Part shown: positions 1-9,528 of the stretch, in pieces
How positions within the stretch are numbered: the first letter of the stretch is position 1
Layout: each line of letters begins with the position of its first letter
Assembly: GCA_902622825.1 (NCBI GenBank)
Contig: CACNRH010000001.1
Location: forward strand, 12,765 to 76,764
Reading direction: 5' to 3'
DNA: 64,000 nt
Source of the DNA: an uncultured Pelagibacteraceae bacterium
Lineage (GTDB): Bacteria; Pseudomonadota; Alphaproteobacteria; Pelagibacterales; Pelagibacteraceae
Notes under the pieces: generated by a model
The model's database searches: none
What the model was told of the DNA's origin: nothing
The model's input: only the letters and a program-made list of their open reading frames with translations
Program-made: the position numbers and the translations under genes

Positions 1-283
1 CTAATTTTTTATTTTCAAATGTTTCCATGTCTTTTAATGAATGTACCGCTACATCTATTTTTTTATTTTGGAGCTGATCCTCTATCTCTTTACAAAAATA
101 ATTTTTTCCTCCTAATTCTGAGATCTTTTTATCAACGTTTAAATCACCAGTAGTTTTAATAATCTTTATTTCAATTTGATTTTTAAGAGACTGATCTAAG
201 CCCACCAATAAATTCTTAACTCTTCCAGCATAAGCTAAGGATAATTTACTGCCTCTTGTTCCAATAATAATTTTTTTATACAT
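1..283 (-). CDS. hemC: porphobilinogen deaminase, 5' part (runs off window start; not in ORF track)
   Basis: Manual translation from ATG at 283: MYKKIIIGTRGSKLSLAYA...IKTTGD...ELGGKNYFCKEIE...DVAVHSLKD, HemC signature motifs; divergent from tsaD. Confidence 0.93.
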   Translation of the reverse strand, partial: MYKKIIIGTRGSKLSLAYAGRVKNLLVGLDQSLKNQIEIKIIKTTGDLNVDKKISELGGKNYFCKEIEDQLQNKKIDVAVHSLKDMETFENKKL

Positions 284-321
284 TTAAATTATAGACTCAG
301 TAATTTATACTATCTGATCTT

Positions 322-1395
322 ATGAAAAAAAAACTAACTTTTTTAGGAATTGAGACAAGCTGTGACGAAACAGCAGCTTCAATCGTGATTTATGATAACA
401 AAAAACCCCACGTAATTTCAAACATAATTTCTAGTCAAATAAAAGAGCATAAAAGATTTGGTGGTGTAGTGCCTGAGCTTGCCGCAAGATCACATATGCA
501 AAATATAGATTTTATAATTAATGAGGCACTTAGAAAAGGGGGGGTGCATCTAAAAAACATCGACGGAATTGCTGCCACAGCCGGTCCAGGATTAACAGTA
601 TGTTTAAATGTTGGTTTGAATATTGGTAAATCTTTAGCGGCATTTTTGGAGAAACCTTTTATTGCAGTCAATCATCTTGAAGGTCACGCTTTAAGTCCAG
701 GCTTAGAAAAAAAAATTAAATTTCCTTATCTTTTGCTTTTAATTTCAGGCGGTCATTCTCAATACATTATCGTTAAGGGAGTTGGAAGGTACAAACAAAT
801 TGGAACTACAATAGACGATGCTTTAGGCGAGGCTTTTGATAAAACAGCCAAAATTTTAGATTTAGGTTATCCAGGTGGGCCTAATTTAGAAATTAAAGCA
901 AAAAAGGGAGATGAAAATTTTTTTATTTTACCAAGGCCAATTTTAAATAGAGGAGGATGTAATTTATCATTTGCTGGATTAAAGACTGCAGTTTTGCGTG
1001 AGGCTCAAAAAATAAAAAAAGATAAAAGATTAAAATTAAATTTGGCTGCATCATTCCAAAAAACTGTGATTGATATTTTAAAAAAAAAGACATCGGTAGC
1101 GATAGAACAATTTAGAGATTTGACTAAAAAGAATAGTGCTGACCTGATTGTTGCTGGAGGTGTTGCCGCCAACGAAAAAATCAAAGAAGCATTAAGCGAG
1201 TTATGCAGAAACAAAAAAATTAATCCAATTTTTCCAAGCAAAGAATTTTGTGGGGATAATGCTGCAATGATTGCTTGGGCAGGGATACAAAACTTTAAAT
1301 TTAGAAAAGGCAACCAACTAAATGTAACAGCTAAATCTAGATGGCCTTTAGACTCAAAAGCGCCATTTATGAAAGGACCTGGTTTGAAGATATAA
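322..1395 (+). CDS. tsaD: tRNA t6A37 threonylcarbamoyltransferase TsaD
   Basis: LGIETSCDET, GGVVPELAAR, NHLEGH, DDALGEAFDK, DNAAMIA. Confidence 0.97.
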   Translation: MKKKLTFLGIETSCDETAASIVIYDNKKPHVISNIISSQIKEHKRFGGVVPELAARSHMQNIDFIINEALRKGGVHLKNIDGIAATAGPGLTVCLNVGLNIGKSLAAFLEKPFIAVNHLEGHALSPGLEKKIKFPYLLLLISGGHSQYIIVKGVGRYKQIGTTIDDALGEAFDKTAKILDLGYPGGPNLEIKAKKGDENFFILPRPILNRGGCNLSFAGLKTAVLREAQKIKKDKRLKLNLAASFQKTVIDILKKKTSVAIEQFRDLTKKNSADLIVAGGVAANEKIKEALSELCRNKKINPIFPSKEFCGDNAAMIAWAGIQNFKFRKGNQLNVTAKSRWPLDSKAPFMKGPGLKI

Positions 1396-1811
1396 TGAAT
1401 TACTGGTTATTAAAATCGGAGCCAGATGTCTGGTCGATTGATGAACAAATTAAAATGGCTGAGAAAGGTGCTCCATGGGATGGAGTAAGAAATTATCAAG
1501 CAGCAAATTATCTGAGAAAGATGAAAAAAAAAGATTTATGCTTTTTTTATCATTCTAACATAGGCAAAGAGATAGTGGGTGTAGTTCAAGTCATTAAGTC
1601 AGCTTTTCCAGATAAATCAGATAAATCCGGTAGGTTTGTAGCTGTTCAAGTTAGGTTCATTGAAAAGTTTAAAAATCCAGTAAAGTTGGAATTCATTAAA
1701 AAAAACCCTAAAATTTCCCATTTACCGCTTATTAAACAATCCAGATTGTCTGTAATGCCCATTGATTTTAAAAGCTGGAAAATAATTTGTAAGATGGGTA
1801 GAATAAGTTAG
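1395..1811 (+). CDS. EVE domain (PUA-like) protein
   Basis: MNYWLLKSEP..WS, WDGVRNYQA.N, FFYHS, RLSVMP; true start is ATG 1395 overlapping tsaD stop (TAATG), not 1341. Confidence 0.9.
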   Translation: MNYWLLKSEPDVWSIDEQIKMAEKGAPWDGVRNYQAANYLRKMKKKDLCFFYHSNIGKEIVGVVQVIKSAFPDKSDKSGRFVAVQVRFIEKFKNPVKLEFIKKNPKISHLPLIKQSRLSVMPIDFKSWKIICKMGRIS

Positions 1812-1823
1812 GGGAGATTAAAA

Positions 1824-3920
1824 GTGCCAAAGAAAAAAAGACGAAAAAAAGCAAAAAAAATTAAAAAAAGAAGAATCTTTAAAAAAACTTCTAAGAAAAA
1901 AAGAAAGAAAATTAGAAGAAAAAAGATTTCTAAAAAAATTGTTAAAAAATCGAAAAAACTTCATATAAGTAAAGACGAAGAAGGCAATGTATTAATACAA
2001 GTGTCGGACCATTGGAGTAATCAAGCTTATGTAAATAAATTAAAATATCAAAAAAAATACAATACTTCCGTTAAAGAAAATGATGCATTTTGGAAAAAAG
2101 AGGGAAAAAGAATTAATTGGATAAAGCCATACTCAAGAATTAAAGACGTAAAATATAGTAAAGAAGATGTAAGGATCAAATGGTATTACGACGGTACATT
2201 AAATGTTTCGGCAAATTGCATTGATAGACATTTAAAAAAGAATGGAAAAAAAACTGCAATAATTTGGGTTGGTGACGATCCTGGAGATCAAAAAAAGATT
2301 ACATACAAAGAACTACACAAAAACGTTTGTAAAGCAGCTAACGCACTTAAAAGTATAGGAGTACAAAAAGGAGATAGAGTTACAATCTATCTAACTATGA
2401 TACCAGAGCTTGCTTATACAATGCTAGCTTGTGCGAGAATAGGCGCAATACACTCGATAATATTTGGAGGTTTTTCACCTGACTCGATTGCGACAAGAAT
2501 CAATGATTGTAAATCAGATTATCTAATAACTGCGGATGAGGGTGTCAGAGGAGGCAAAATTATTCCTCTTAAAAAAATTGCTGATGAAGCTCTTTTACAA
2601 TGTCCTAATATAAAAAAATGTGTTGTTGTCAAAAGGACTGGCAACCAAGTGAATTGGGAAAACGAAAGAGACGTTTCTTATGAGGAGCTTATCTCAAAAG
2701 TATCGGCAAAATGTGAACCGGAGGAGATGAATGCTGAAGACCCACTCTTCATATTGTATACGTCTGGATCTACTGGAAAGCCTAAGGGAGTGTTACATAC
2801 ATCTGGAGGATATTTAGTATACGCTTCGATGACTCACCAATATATTTTTGATTACAAGCCAAAAGATATTTATTGGTGTACAGCTGATATAGGTTGGGTC
2901 ACAGGTCATAGTTATATCATATACGGACCACTCTCAAATGGTGCTACAACGATAATGTTTGAGGGAGTACCTAACTACCCTGATAGCTCGAGATGGTGGC
3001 AAATAGTCGATAAATATAAAGTTAATATATTTTACACAGCACCAACGGCCATTAGAGCTTTGATGAGAGAAGGTGACAGTCCAGTAAGAAAAACAAGCAG
3101 GAAATCATTAAAGTTGCTAGGAACGGTTGGTGAGCCGATTAATCCAGAAGCTTGGATGTGGTATTATAAAACTGTTGGAGATTCTAGATGCCCAATTGTA
3201 GATACATGGTGGCAAACTGAAACAGGTGGCATTTTAATTTCGCCTCAACCCGGAGCAATTGATTTGAAGCCTGGGTCTGCAACAAAACCTTTTTACGGTA
3301 TCAAGCCAGTAATTGTAGACGAAGCCGGTAATGTTCAGAAAGGTGCTTGCAAAGGTAGATTGTGCATGTCTGCCTCATGGCCAGGTCAGATGAGAACAGT
3401 TTATGGCGATCATCAGAGATTTATTGATACTTATTTTTCACAATTTGATGGCAAGTATTTTACGGGCGATGGCTGTAAAAGAGACAAAGACGGTTACTAT
3501 TGGATTACTGGGCGAGTTGATGATGTTATTATTGTGTCAGGGCATAACCTCGGCACTGCAGAAATAGAGAGTGCTTTTGTGGCTCATCCAAAAGTAGCAG
3601 AAGCTGCAGTTGTTGGATATCCGCACGACATTAAAGGAAATGGTTTATATTGTTATGTGACTCTAAATGCTGGCGAACAACCAAACGGTGACCTTGAAAG
3701 AGAACTTAAGCTTTGGGTCAGAAAACAAATTGGACCGATTGCAACTCCTGATCTAATACAATTCGCACCAGGATTACCGAAGACTAGATCCGGAAAAATT
3801 ATGAGAAGAATTTTAAGGAAAATTGCAGCTAATGAATATAATGAATTAGGAGACACGACAACATTGGCGGATCCTAGTGTTGTTGAGTCTTTAATCGAGA
3901 ACAGACAAAATAGAAATTAG
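1824..3920 (+). CDS. acs: acetyl-CoA synthetase with basic N-terminal extension
   Basis: [38 protein letters not shown]; GTG start preceded by GGGGAG. Confidence 0.97.
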   Translation: MPKKKRRKKAKKIKKRRIFKKTSKKKRKKIRRKKISKKIVKKSKKLHISKDEEGNVLIQVSDHWSNQAYVNKLKYQKKYNTSVKENDAFWKKEGKRINWIKPYSRIKDVKYSKEDVRIKWYYDGTLNVSANCIDRHLKKNGKKTAIIWVGDDPGDQKKITYKELHKNVCKAANALKSIGVQKGDRVTIYLTMIPELAYTMLACARIGAIHSIIFGGFSPDSIATRINDCKSDYLITADEGVRGGKIIPLKKIADEALLQCPNIKKCVVVKRTGNQVNWENERDVSYEELISKVSAKCEPEEMNAEDPLFILYTSGSTGKPKGVLHTSGGYLVYASMTHQYIFDYKPKDIYWCTADIGWVTGHSYIIYGPLSNGATTIMFEGVPNYPDSSRWWQIVDKYKVNIFYTAPTAIRALMREGDSPVRKTSRKSLKLLGTVGEPINPEAWMWYYKTVGDSRCPIVDTWWQTETGGILISPQPGAIDLKPGSATKPFYGIKPVIVDEAGNVQKGACKGRLCMSASWPGQMRTVYGDHQRFIDTYFSQFDGKYFTGDGCKRDKDGYYWITGRVDDVIIVSGHNLGTAEIESAFVAHPKVAEAAVVGYPHDIKGNGLYCYVTLNAGEQPNGDLERELKLWVRKQIGPIATPDLIQFAPGLPKTRSGKIMRRILRKIAANEYNELGDTTTLADPSVVESLIENRQNRN

Positions 3921-4549
3921 TTTTTAAAATTCTTACTTAATTTATCAAAATCGTTAATTACATGCATCCATTTATTTTTTATTGAATTTAAAACTATCTC
4001 TTTATCTAATACTTTTAAGTTGTCAGCGATCGGCGACCATTCATATAAAGCTAAACCACTTAACTCGAAAGGCTTTTCTCTTGAATAAAAATTTATATTA
4101 GTATTATTTATTCTATCCTTAAATTTCTCCAGGGAGGAGCCCAGTAATTCTTCTGGCATGCCTTTTGTAATTTGATCATCCAAAACAGATTTGTAAATTT
4201 TAATTATGCTATCATTACTCAAATTTAACTGATTTCTATTTGATAATATTGAAACTGTAAATAACGTGAGATCAGAGACAGCCACAACAAAAATATTCCA
4301 CTTAGATTTATTTACTGACTGGATAAAAATATCCTCGCTAAACATTAAAGCATATTTTAATCCCATTCTTGTTTTTAAATAGCCGTACAATGTTGTTTGG
4401 GTAACATATGCAGATCTTTCATTAATAAAACTTACTAGATCACTGAGAGTATTTACTAATTGAAATTTTTTACCAAATTTTTGGTAAGAAAATAAATATT
4501 CTCTAACAGCAGAAATAATTTTAAAAAGTGAATTAATATTCAATTTCAA
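3917..4549 (-). CDS. hypothetical protein
   Basis: Open frame ~210 aa; likely TTG start at 4549 after GGGAGA SD (track start 4573); no motif recognised with confidence. Confidence 0.6.
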   Translation of the reverse strand: MKLNINSLFKIISAVREYLFSYQKFGKKFQLVNTLSDLVSFINERSAYVTQTTLYGYLKTRMGLKYALMFSEDIFIQSVNKSKWNIFVVAVSDLTLFTVSILSNRNQLNLSNDSIIKIYKSVLDDQITKGMPEELLGSSLEKFKDRINNTNINFYSREKPFELSGLALYEWSPIADNLKVLDKEIVLNSIKNKWMHVINDFDKLSKNFKN

Positions 4550-4664
4550 GTTGTATATTCTCCCATAGCTCAAAATGGCTTTATTTTACAAGGATTATAA
4601 CACTTCAAAATGGTTTTTTTAACTTTTAATTAACGGCTAGATGGGTAAGATCCCTACCATTAAG

Positions 4665-4678
4665 TTACGTTAACGTAA
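4665..4678. promoter_or_regulatory. perfect 14-bp palindrome TTACGTTAACGTAA, candidate operator or 5' hairpin
   Basis: Self-complementary, just upstream of the GGGGG SD of the 4695 ORF. Confidence 0.45.
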
Positions 4679-4694
4679 AATAACAGGGGGAAAT

Positions 4695-4949
4695 ATGTCA
4701 AATAAAGAAAAACATTGGGAAAAGACTAAAGTTCATATGTTTGTAACATTGGCTCTTTGGGCTTTCTTCTCTATGGTAATTTTCCTTTTCGGTTATGAAA
4801 TCAACTCGATGAGTTTTCTTGGTTATCCGCTGGGTTATTATATGACAGCTCAAGGATCACTTCTTGCATTTGTACTTATAATATTCTGGTTTGCTAACAG
4901 ACAAGAAAAAATCGACGAAGAGTTTGGTTTCGGAGAGAAGGAGGATTAA
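4695..4949 (+). CDS. sodium:solute symporter small subunit (DUF4212-like)
   Basis: 84 aa, 2 TM, FLGYPLGYYMTAQGS motif; coupled (TAATG) to the symporter. Confidence 0.85.
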   Translation: MSNKEKHWEKTKVHMFVTLALWAFFSMVIFLFGYEINSMSFLGYPLGYYMTAQGSLLAFVLIIFWFANRQEKIDEEFGFGEKED

Positions 4950-6787
4950 TGCTTAAAGGTGGATTTATACAAAATCTTCCAAAGATATACGGCTTGTACA
5001 CTGGTGGCTTCCTTGTGTTCATCATTCTTATGGCGATCGCAGAGCAAGCAGGTGCTTCGGCAAAAGCAATTGGTATAATGTTTGTGGCATTCACTGTCGC
5101 GATTTATGCTTTAATTGGTTACTTGTCACGTACCATCCAGGTGGATGCTTATTATCTTGCTGGAAGACAAGTCCCAACAGTATTTAATGGAATGGCAACT
5201 GCAGCTGACTGGATGTCAGGTGCATCATTCGTAGCATTAGCTGGTGGTGTTTACTTTGGTGGTTATAGTTATATGGCCTTCTTAGTAGGTTGGACAGGTG
5301 GATATGTACTTGTGTCAACTTTATTAGCACCTTATCTAAGAAAATTTGGTTGTTACACAGTGCCGGATTTTATAGGAACAAGATACGGAGGAAACGGAGT
5401 ACGTTTCTGTGCGGTATTAGTTCTTGTATTAGCTTCGTTCACTTATGTGACTGCACAAATTAACGCTACGGGAACTATTGCTGCTAGAGCTTTAGGAATT
5501 CCGTTTGAAGCTGGTGTTTGGGTAGGTTTAGTCAGTATCTTATTGTGTTCAATGTTAGGTGGAATGAGAGCCGTAACATGGACGCAGGTAGCTCAATACA
5601 TTGTTCTAATTGTAGCTTACTTAATTCCAGTATTCTGGATTAGTAATAGAATTGGAGCAGGTTTCTTTCCTCACCTAATGTTAGGTGATGAAGTAGCTAG
5701 AATTGGCGAACTTGAACAACAATTCGGTTTAGTTAAAAACAGTGCGGCAGATGTTAAAGCCGCTGGAGTACCAGGTGGATTAAAATCTATTGCGGTACCA
5801 CACTCTGGAATAGCAGCAGGTGGTATGGCAGTGTGGAAATATATTTCACTTGCGATCTGTATGATGGTTGGAACTGCATCGTTACCTCATATTTTAATGA
5901 GATACTTTACAACTCCATCAGTAAAATCAGCTAGAAAATCAGTGGCTTGGTCACTATTCTTCATTTTCTTGCTGTACTCTTCAGCGCCAATGCTAGCAAC
6001 ACTTTCTAAAATATCATTGATGGATCCAAATTTACCAACGGGTATAATTGGAAAATCTATAGCTGATGTTAATAATATAGAGTGGGTCAAACAGTGGTCC
6101 TCTCAGAAGCAAGTGTTCATAGCAGACTTTAACGGTGACGGCATACTACAGTTGAACGAATGGTTCATGAGAACAGGTGTAGTAGTTCTTGCAACCCCTG
6201 AAGTTGCGGGATTACCATACGTGATTTCTGGCCTAGTTGCTGCTGGTGGTATGGCTGCTGCGATGTCAACTGCAGACGGATTAGTACTTGCGATTTCGAA
6301 TGCGTTATCGCACGATGTTTACTACAACATGATTGATCCAAAAGCGGATGTTAGAAAAAGACTAATAGTTGCACGAGTACTATTAGTTGTTGTGGGTGCG
6401 GCTGGTGCTTATATAGCATCAATGCGTATCACTAGTATCCTTGGTGCAGTTGCTTGGGCGTTTGACTTTGCGATGTCAGGCTTATTCTTCCCACTTGTAC
6501 TTGGTGTATGGTGGAAGAGAGCTACTAAAGAAGGTGCAATAGCTGGTATATTGGCTGGTCTTGCATCTGGAACAGCCTACTTAATTTATGTATACCCTAA
6601 ATTCTTGGGTAACCCTGCATGGTTAGGTATTGACCACTTAAGATTTGGTCTAATTGGTGCTCCGGTATGTTTAGTAGTAATGGTTGTTGTAAGTTTAATG
6701 ACCAAAGCTCCAGACGCTGCTACACAAAGAATGGTTGATGAAGTTAGAATTCCTAGCGGAAAAGCTATTCTTGGTAGACAACACTAA
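4949..6787 (+). CDS. sodium:solute symporter, ActP/VC_2705-like (probable acetate/monocarboxylate permease)
   Basis: YYLAGR, GMATAADWMSGASF, YTVPDFIG.RY, GTASLPHILMRYFT, AAAMSTADG; next to acs. Confidence 0.9.
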   Translation: MLKGGFIQNLPKIYGLYTGGFLVFIILMAIAEQAGASAKAIGIMFVAFTVAIYALIGYLSRTIQVDAYYLAGRQVPTVFNGMATAADWMSGASFVALAGGVYFGGYSYMAFLVGWTGGYVLVSTLLAPYLRKFGCYTVPDFIGTRYGGNGVRFCAVLVLVLASFTYVTAQINATGTIAARALGIPFEAGVWVGLVSILLCSMLGGMRAVTWTQVAQYIVLIVAYLIPVFWISNRIGAGFFPHLMLGDEVARIGELEQQFGLVKNSAADVKAAGVPGGLKSIAVPHSGIAAGGMAVWKYISLAICMMVGTASLPHILMRYFTTPSVKSARKSVAWSLFFIFLLYSSAPMLATLSKISLMDPNLPTGIIGKSIADVNNIEWVKQWSSQKQVFIADFNGDGILQLNEWFMRTGVVVLATPEVAGLPYVISGLVAAGGMAAAMSTADGLVLAISNALSHDVYYNMIDPKADVRKRLIVARVLLVVVGAAGAYIASMRITSILGAVAWAFDFAMSGLFFPLVLGVWWKRATKEGAIAGILAGLASGTAYLIYVYPKFLGNPAWLGIDHLRFGLIGAPVCLVVMVVVSLMTKAPDAATQRMVDEVRIPSGKAILGRQH

Positions 6788-6804
6788 AGAATAATTAATT
6801 TAAC

Positions 6805-6838
6805 AAAAAAGGGGCGAAATTATCGCCCCTTTTTTTTT
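6805..6838 (+). terminator. intrinsic terminator (A/T flanks allow both directions)
   Basis: AAAAAAGGGGCGA-AATTA-TCGCCCCTTTTTTTTT after symporter stop. Confidence 0.92.
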
Positions 6839-6862
6839 GTTCAAAAAAGATATAAATATAAT

Positions 6863-7204
6863 ATGCCCATTTGGATTTATATTTTAGACTATGCTCTTGG
6901 ATTGGTCATGTATACTTTAATAGGAAGAGCCGCAATGAATATATTCCAAAAAGAGGACTCAAGTTTTTTTTTCATGCGAGCGTTTGTTAAATTAACTAAT
7001 CCTATATTAAAAATTTTTGATCGTATTACACCCGAGTTCCTGGCTAGGCCAATAGTACCCTTGTATGTTGCATTTTACTTTTATTTAATAAGATTCTATC
7101 TAATGCCATGGCTACTTGGCTACGGAAGTATGGGTATGTTGTCATTCCCAATAGATAGTGAATTTTCTAGAGAGCTTTACAGATTATTTAGTCCGGATAA
7201 ATAA
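6863..7204 (+). CDS. small membrane protein, YggT-like
   Basis: 113 aa hydrophobic; F..LTNPIL..F.RITP resembles YggT. Confidence 0.6.
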   Translation: MPIWIYILDYALGLVMYTLIGRAAMNIFQKEDSSFFFMRAFVKLTNPILKIFDRITPEFLARPIVPLYVAFYFYLIRFYLMPWLLGYGSMGMLSFPIDSEFSRELYRLFSPDK

Positions 7205-7243
7205 TTTTTTTGACAACCTTTTTAATTAAAATATAAATAAAAT

Positions 7244-7906
7244 ATGCCTTCTAAAATAAAAATTTCTCCTTCAATTCTTTCTGCAAACTTCAGTAAACTA
7301 GGTGACGAGGTTCAACTGCTAGATAAGGCGGGTGCTGATTATATTCATGTTGACGTAATGGACGGACACTTTGTTCCAAATATCACTATTGGGCCAGACG
7401 TAATTAGAAATTTGAGACCCTTGACCAAAAAAATTTTCGATGTTCACCTTATGATTTCACCTGTAGATAAATATATAGAGGAATTTGCTAATGCCGGCTC
7501 AGATATCATAACATTTCACCCGGAAGCTACACCAGATACCAAAAAAACTATAAAATTGATAAAGAAATATAATAAAAAAGTTGGAATATCGCTAAAGCCT
7601 AAATCTAAAATTGAATCAATACTCGACCACCTAGAAAGTATAGATTTGATACTCGTTATGAGCGTAGAACCAGGCTTCGGTGGACAAAAATTTATGCCTG
7701 AAGTCCTAAAAAAAATTAAGTCCTTAAATCAAATAATAAAAGATAAGAATCTTAAGATTGATCTGGAGGTAGATGGTGGTATTAATTTTGAAAATTGTAG
7801 AGACGCGAAAGAGGCAGGCGCAAATGTTTTGGTATCTGGATCTACAATATTTAAAGAAAACAACCAAGATCTTAAAAAAAATATAAACTTGCTAAGAACA
7901 AGTTAG
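7244..7906 (+). CDS. rpe: ribulose-phosphate 3-epimerase
   Basis: SPSILSA, HVDVMDGHFVPN, DVHLM, MSVEPGFGGQ, VDGG. Confidence 0.97.
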   Translation: MPSKIKISPSILSANFSKLGDEVQLLDKAGADYIHVDVMDGHFVPNITIGPDVIRNLRPLTKKIFDVHLMISPVDKYIEEFANAGSDIITFHPEATPDTKKTIKLIKKYNKKVGISLKPKSKIESILDHLESIDLILVMSVEPGFGGQKFMPEVLKKIKSLNQIIKDKNLKIDLEVDGGINFENCRDAKEAGANVLVSGSTIFKENNQDLKKNINLLRTS

Positions 7907-7908
7907 AA

Positions 7909-9528
7909 ATGTTTAAAATAAGCACTGTCTTTTTTTATCTTTTAAAATTTAAAGATGAATTTACTAATCAGTTTACTAAAGCCTATTATCGAACTAATTG
8001 GTACAGAAAATCTTTAGACTCAAAATTACCCGACCAATTTAATTTTTTTCCTAGATCATACTTATTATCAAGTTTTATTAACCAAAATAATAATTTGTTT
8101 AAAATATCTAACATTAGTACTGAAAATTTTTGGGACAAAAAATTAAGTTCTAAAAGAGAATTAAGCTTACATAACTTTTTATGGCTCAGCCTCATTGATA
8201 GGAAACAGGAAGCATCCTCCGTAAGAAAAATAATAAGCAATTGGTTAGTCTATAACGAATCATATAATAGTGCTAGCTGGGGCCTAAAAACTACAAGTAA
8301 AAGAATAATAAGTTGGATTTTAAATGCAGACATAATTCTTGATAGCAAGAATATTAATTTTAAGAACCAATTCATTAAGTCCATTGTAGTTCAAACCAAC
8401 CATATAAAGAAAAATATAAATCTAGAAAAAAATATAAATACGAGGATACAAATTTTAGTTGCTGTTTCTTTGACGGGAATGATTTTTAGAGAATACAATA
8501 ATTACTATGAGTACGCCGTTAAAGAACTAGAAAAGAGTTTAAAATATCTCTATAATAATGATTTTTTTCCTCATACTAGAAATATTAATCATTTATTTAA
8601 AAATTTGAAATATTTAATCCTCCTTAAAGAGTCCGCTGTTGAAGCACATAAAAATTTACCAGACTATTTGCACCAAGCTATTGATAAAAATTTATCTTAT
8701 TTAAAAACCCTTATTACTCCTGAAAATAAACTACCATTATTCAACGGAGTAAATGAGGTTAGCACTGAAAATTTTGAAGATTATTTAGTAAATCTAAATC
8801 TTAAGATTAAAAAAGTAAAATCACCCATCGGAGATATAGTAATCTTAAAGAATAAAAAAGACACCGTCTATATAGATGTAGGCGGTCCTCCAAAGAAGTT
8901 ACATTCTTATAATTACCAATTTGGACCTTTATCTTTTGAATATTTTTCTGAAGGAAAAAAAATAATAACTAATTGTGGATATGGATCTAAAATTTCTAAA
9001 AAAGCTGAAAGGTTAAGCAGGTTATCTTCGGCACAATCTACTATTACCTTAAATAATGAGTCTGTGATTAAAAAAGATGAGATATTTAATTATAAAAACT
9101 CTTTTAAGATTTACGATACCGAGTTCATTAACGATGATACAAAAATTATATGTATCGCATCTCATGATGCCTATTATAAAAAGTATGGCTGTATAATTAG
9201 AAGGCAAATCGAATTAAATAAAAAGGATGGAAATGTTTATGGCTCAGATGAATTTATCTCTGATAATGCTAGTGAAAACATATTTTTTGATATACGTTTT
9301 CACTTATATCCTGAGATACAAGTAATCAAAACTATGAGTGGTGAAAATTATTTAATACAATTTAGTAAAAATAAATCATTACTATTTAGTAGTGATAAAA
9401 TAAGTACAAAAGTTGAGGAAGGCATCTATATGGGAAAAAATAAGATACTTAAAAATCTATGTATTAATCTATCAGGTAGATTAAGAGACAATAATGTTAT
9501 TAAATGGTCAATAAAAAAAAATTTGTAA
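7909..9528 (+). CDS. heparinase II/III-like protein
   Basis: LHNF.WL, LPLFNG, LSFEY, IITNCG, ASHD.Y, IRFHL.P; rpe-hep-purH order typical of Alphaproteobacteria. Confidence 0.75.
   Translation: MFKISTVFFYLLKFKDEFTNQFTKAYYRTNWYRKSLDSKLPDQFNFFPRSYLLSSFINQNNNLFKISNISTENFWDKKLSSKRELSLHNFLWLSLIDRKQEASSVRKIISNWLVYNESYNSASWGLKTTSKRIISWILNADIILDSKNINFKNQFIKSIVVQTNHIKKNINLEKNINTRIQILVAVSLTGMIFREYNNYYEYAVKELEKSLKYLYNNDFFPHTRNINHLFKNLKYLILLKESAVEAHKNLPDYLHQAIDKNLSYLKTLITPENKLPLFNGVNEVSTENFEDYLVNLNLKIKKVKSPIGDIVILKNKKDTVYIDVGGPPKKLHSYNYQFGPLSFEYFSEGKKIITNCGYGSKISKKAERLSRLSSAQSTITLNNESVIKKDEIFNYKNSFKIYDTEFINDDTKIICIASHDAYYKKYGCIIRRQIELNKKDGNVYGSDEFISDNASENIFFDIRFHLYPEIQVIKTMSGENYLIQFSKNKSLLFSSDKISTKVEEGIYMGKNKILKNLCINLSGRLRDNNVIKWSIKKNL

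Noticed and set aside
1395-1811. EVE protein as a modified-DNA defence sensor
   Set aside because: Stand-alone EVE next to tsaD is a common alphaproteobacterial arrangement, and no nuclease is fused or adjacent
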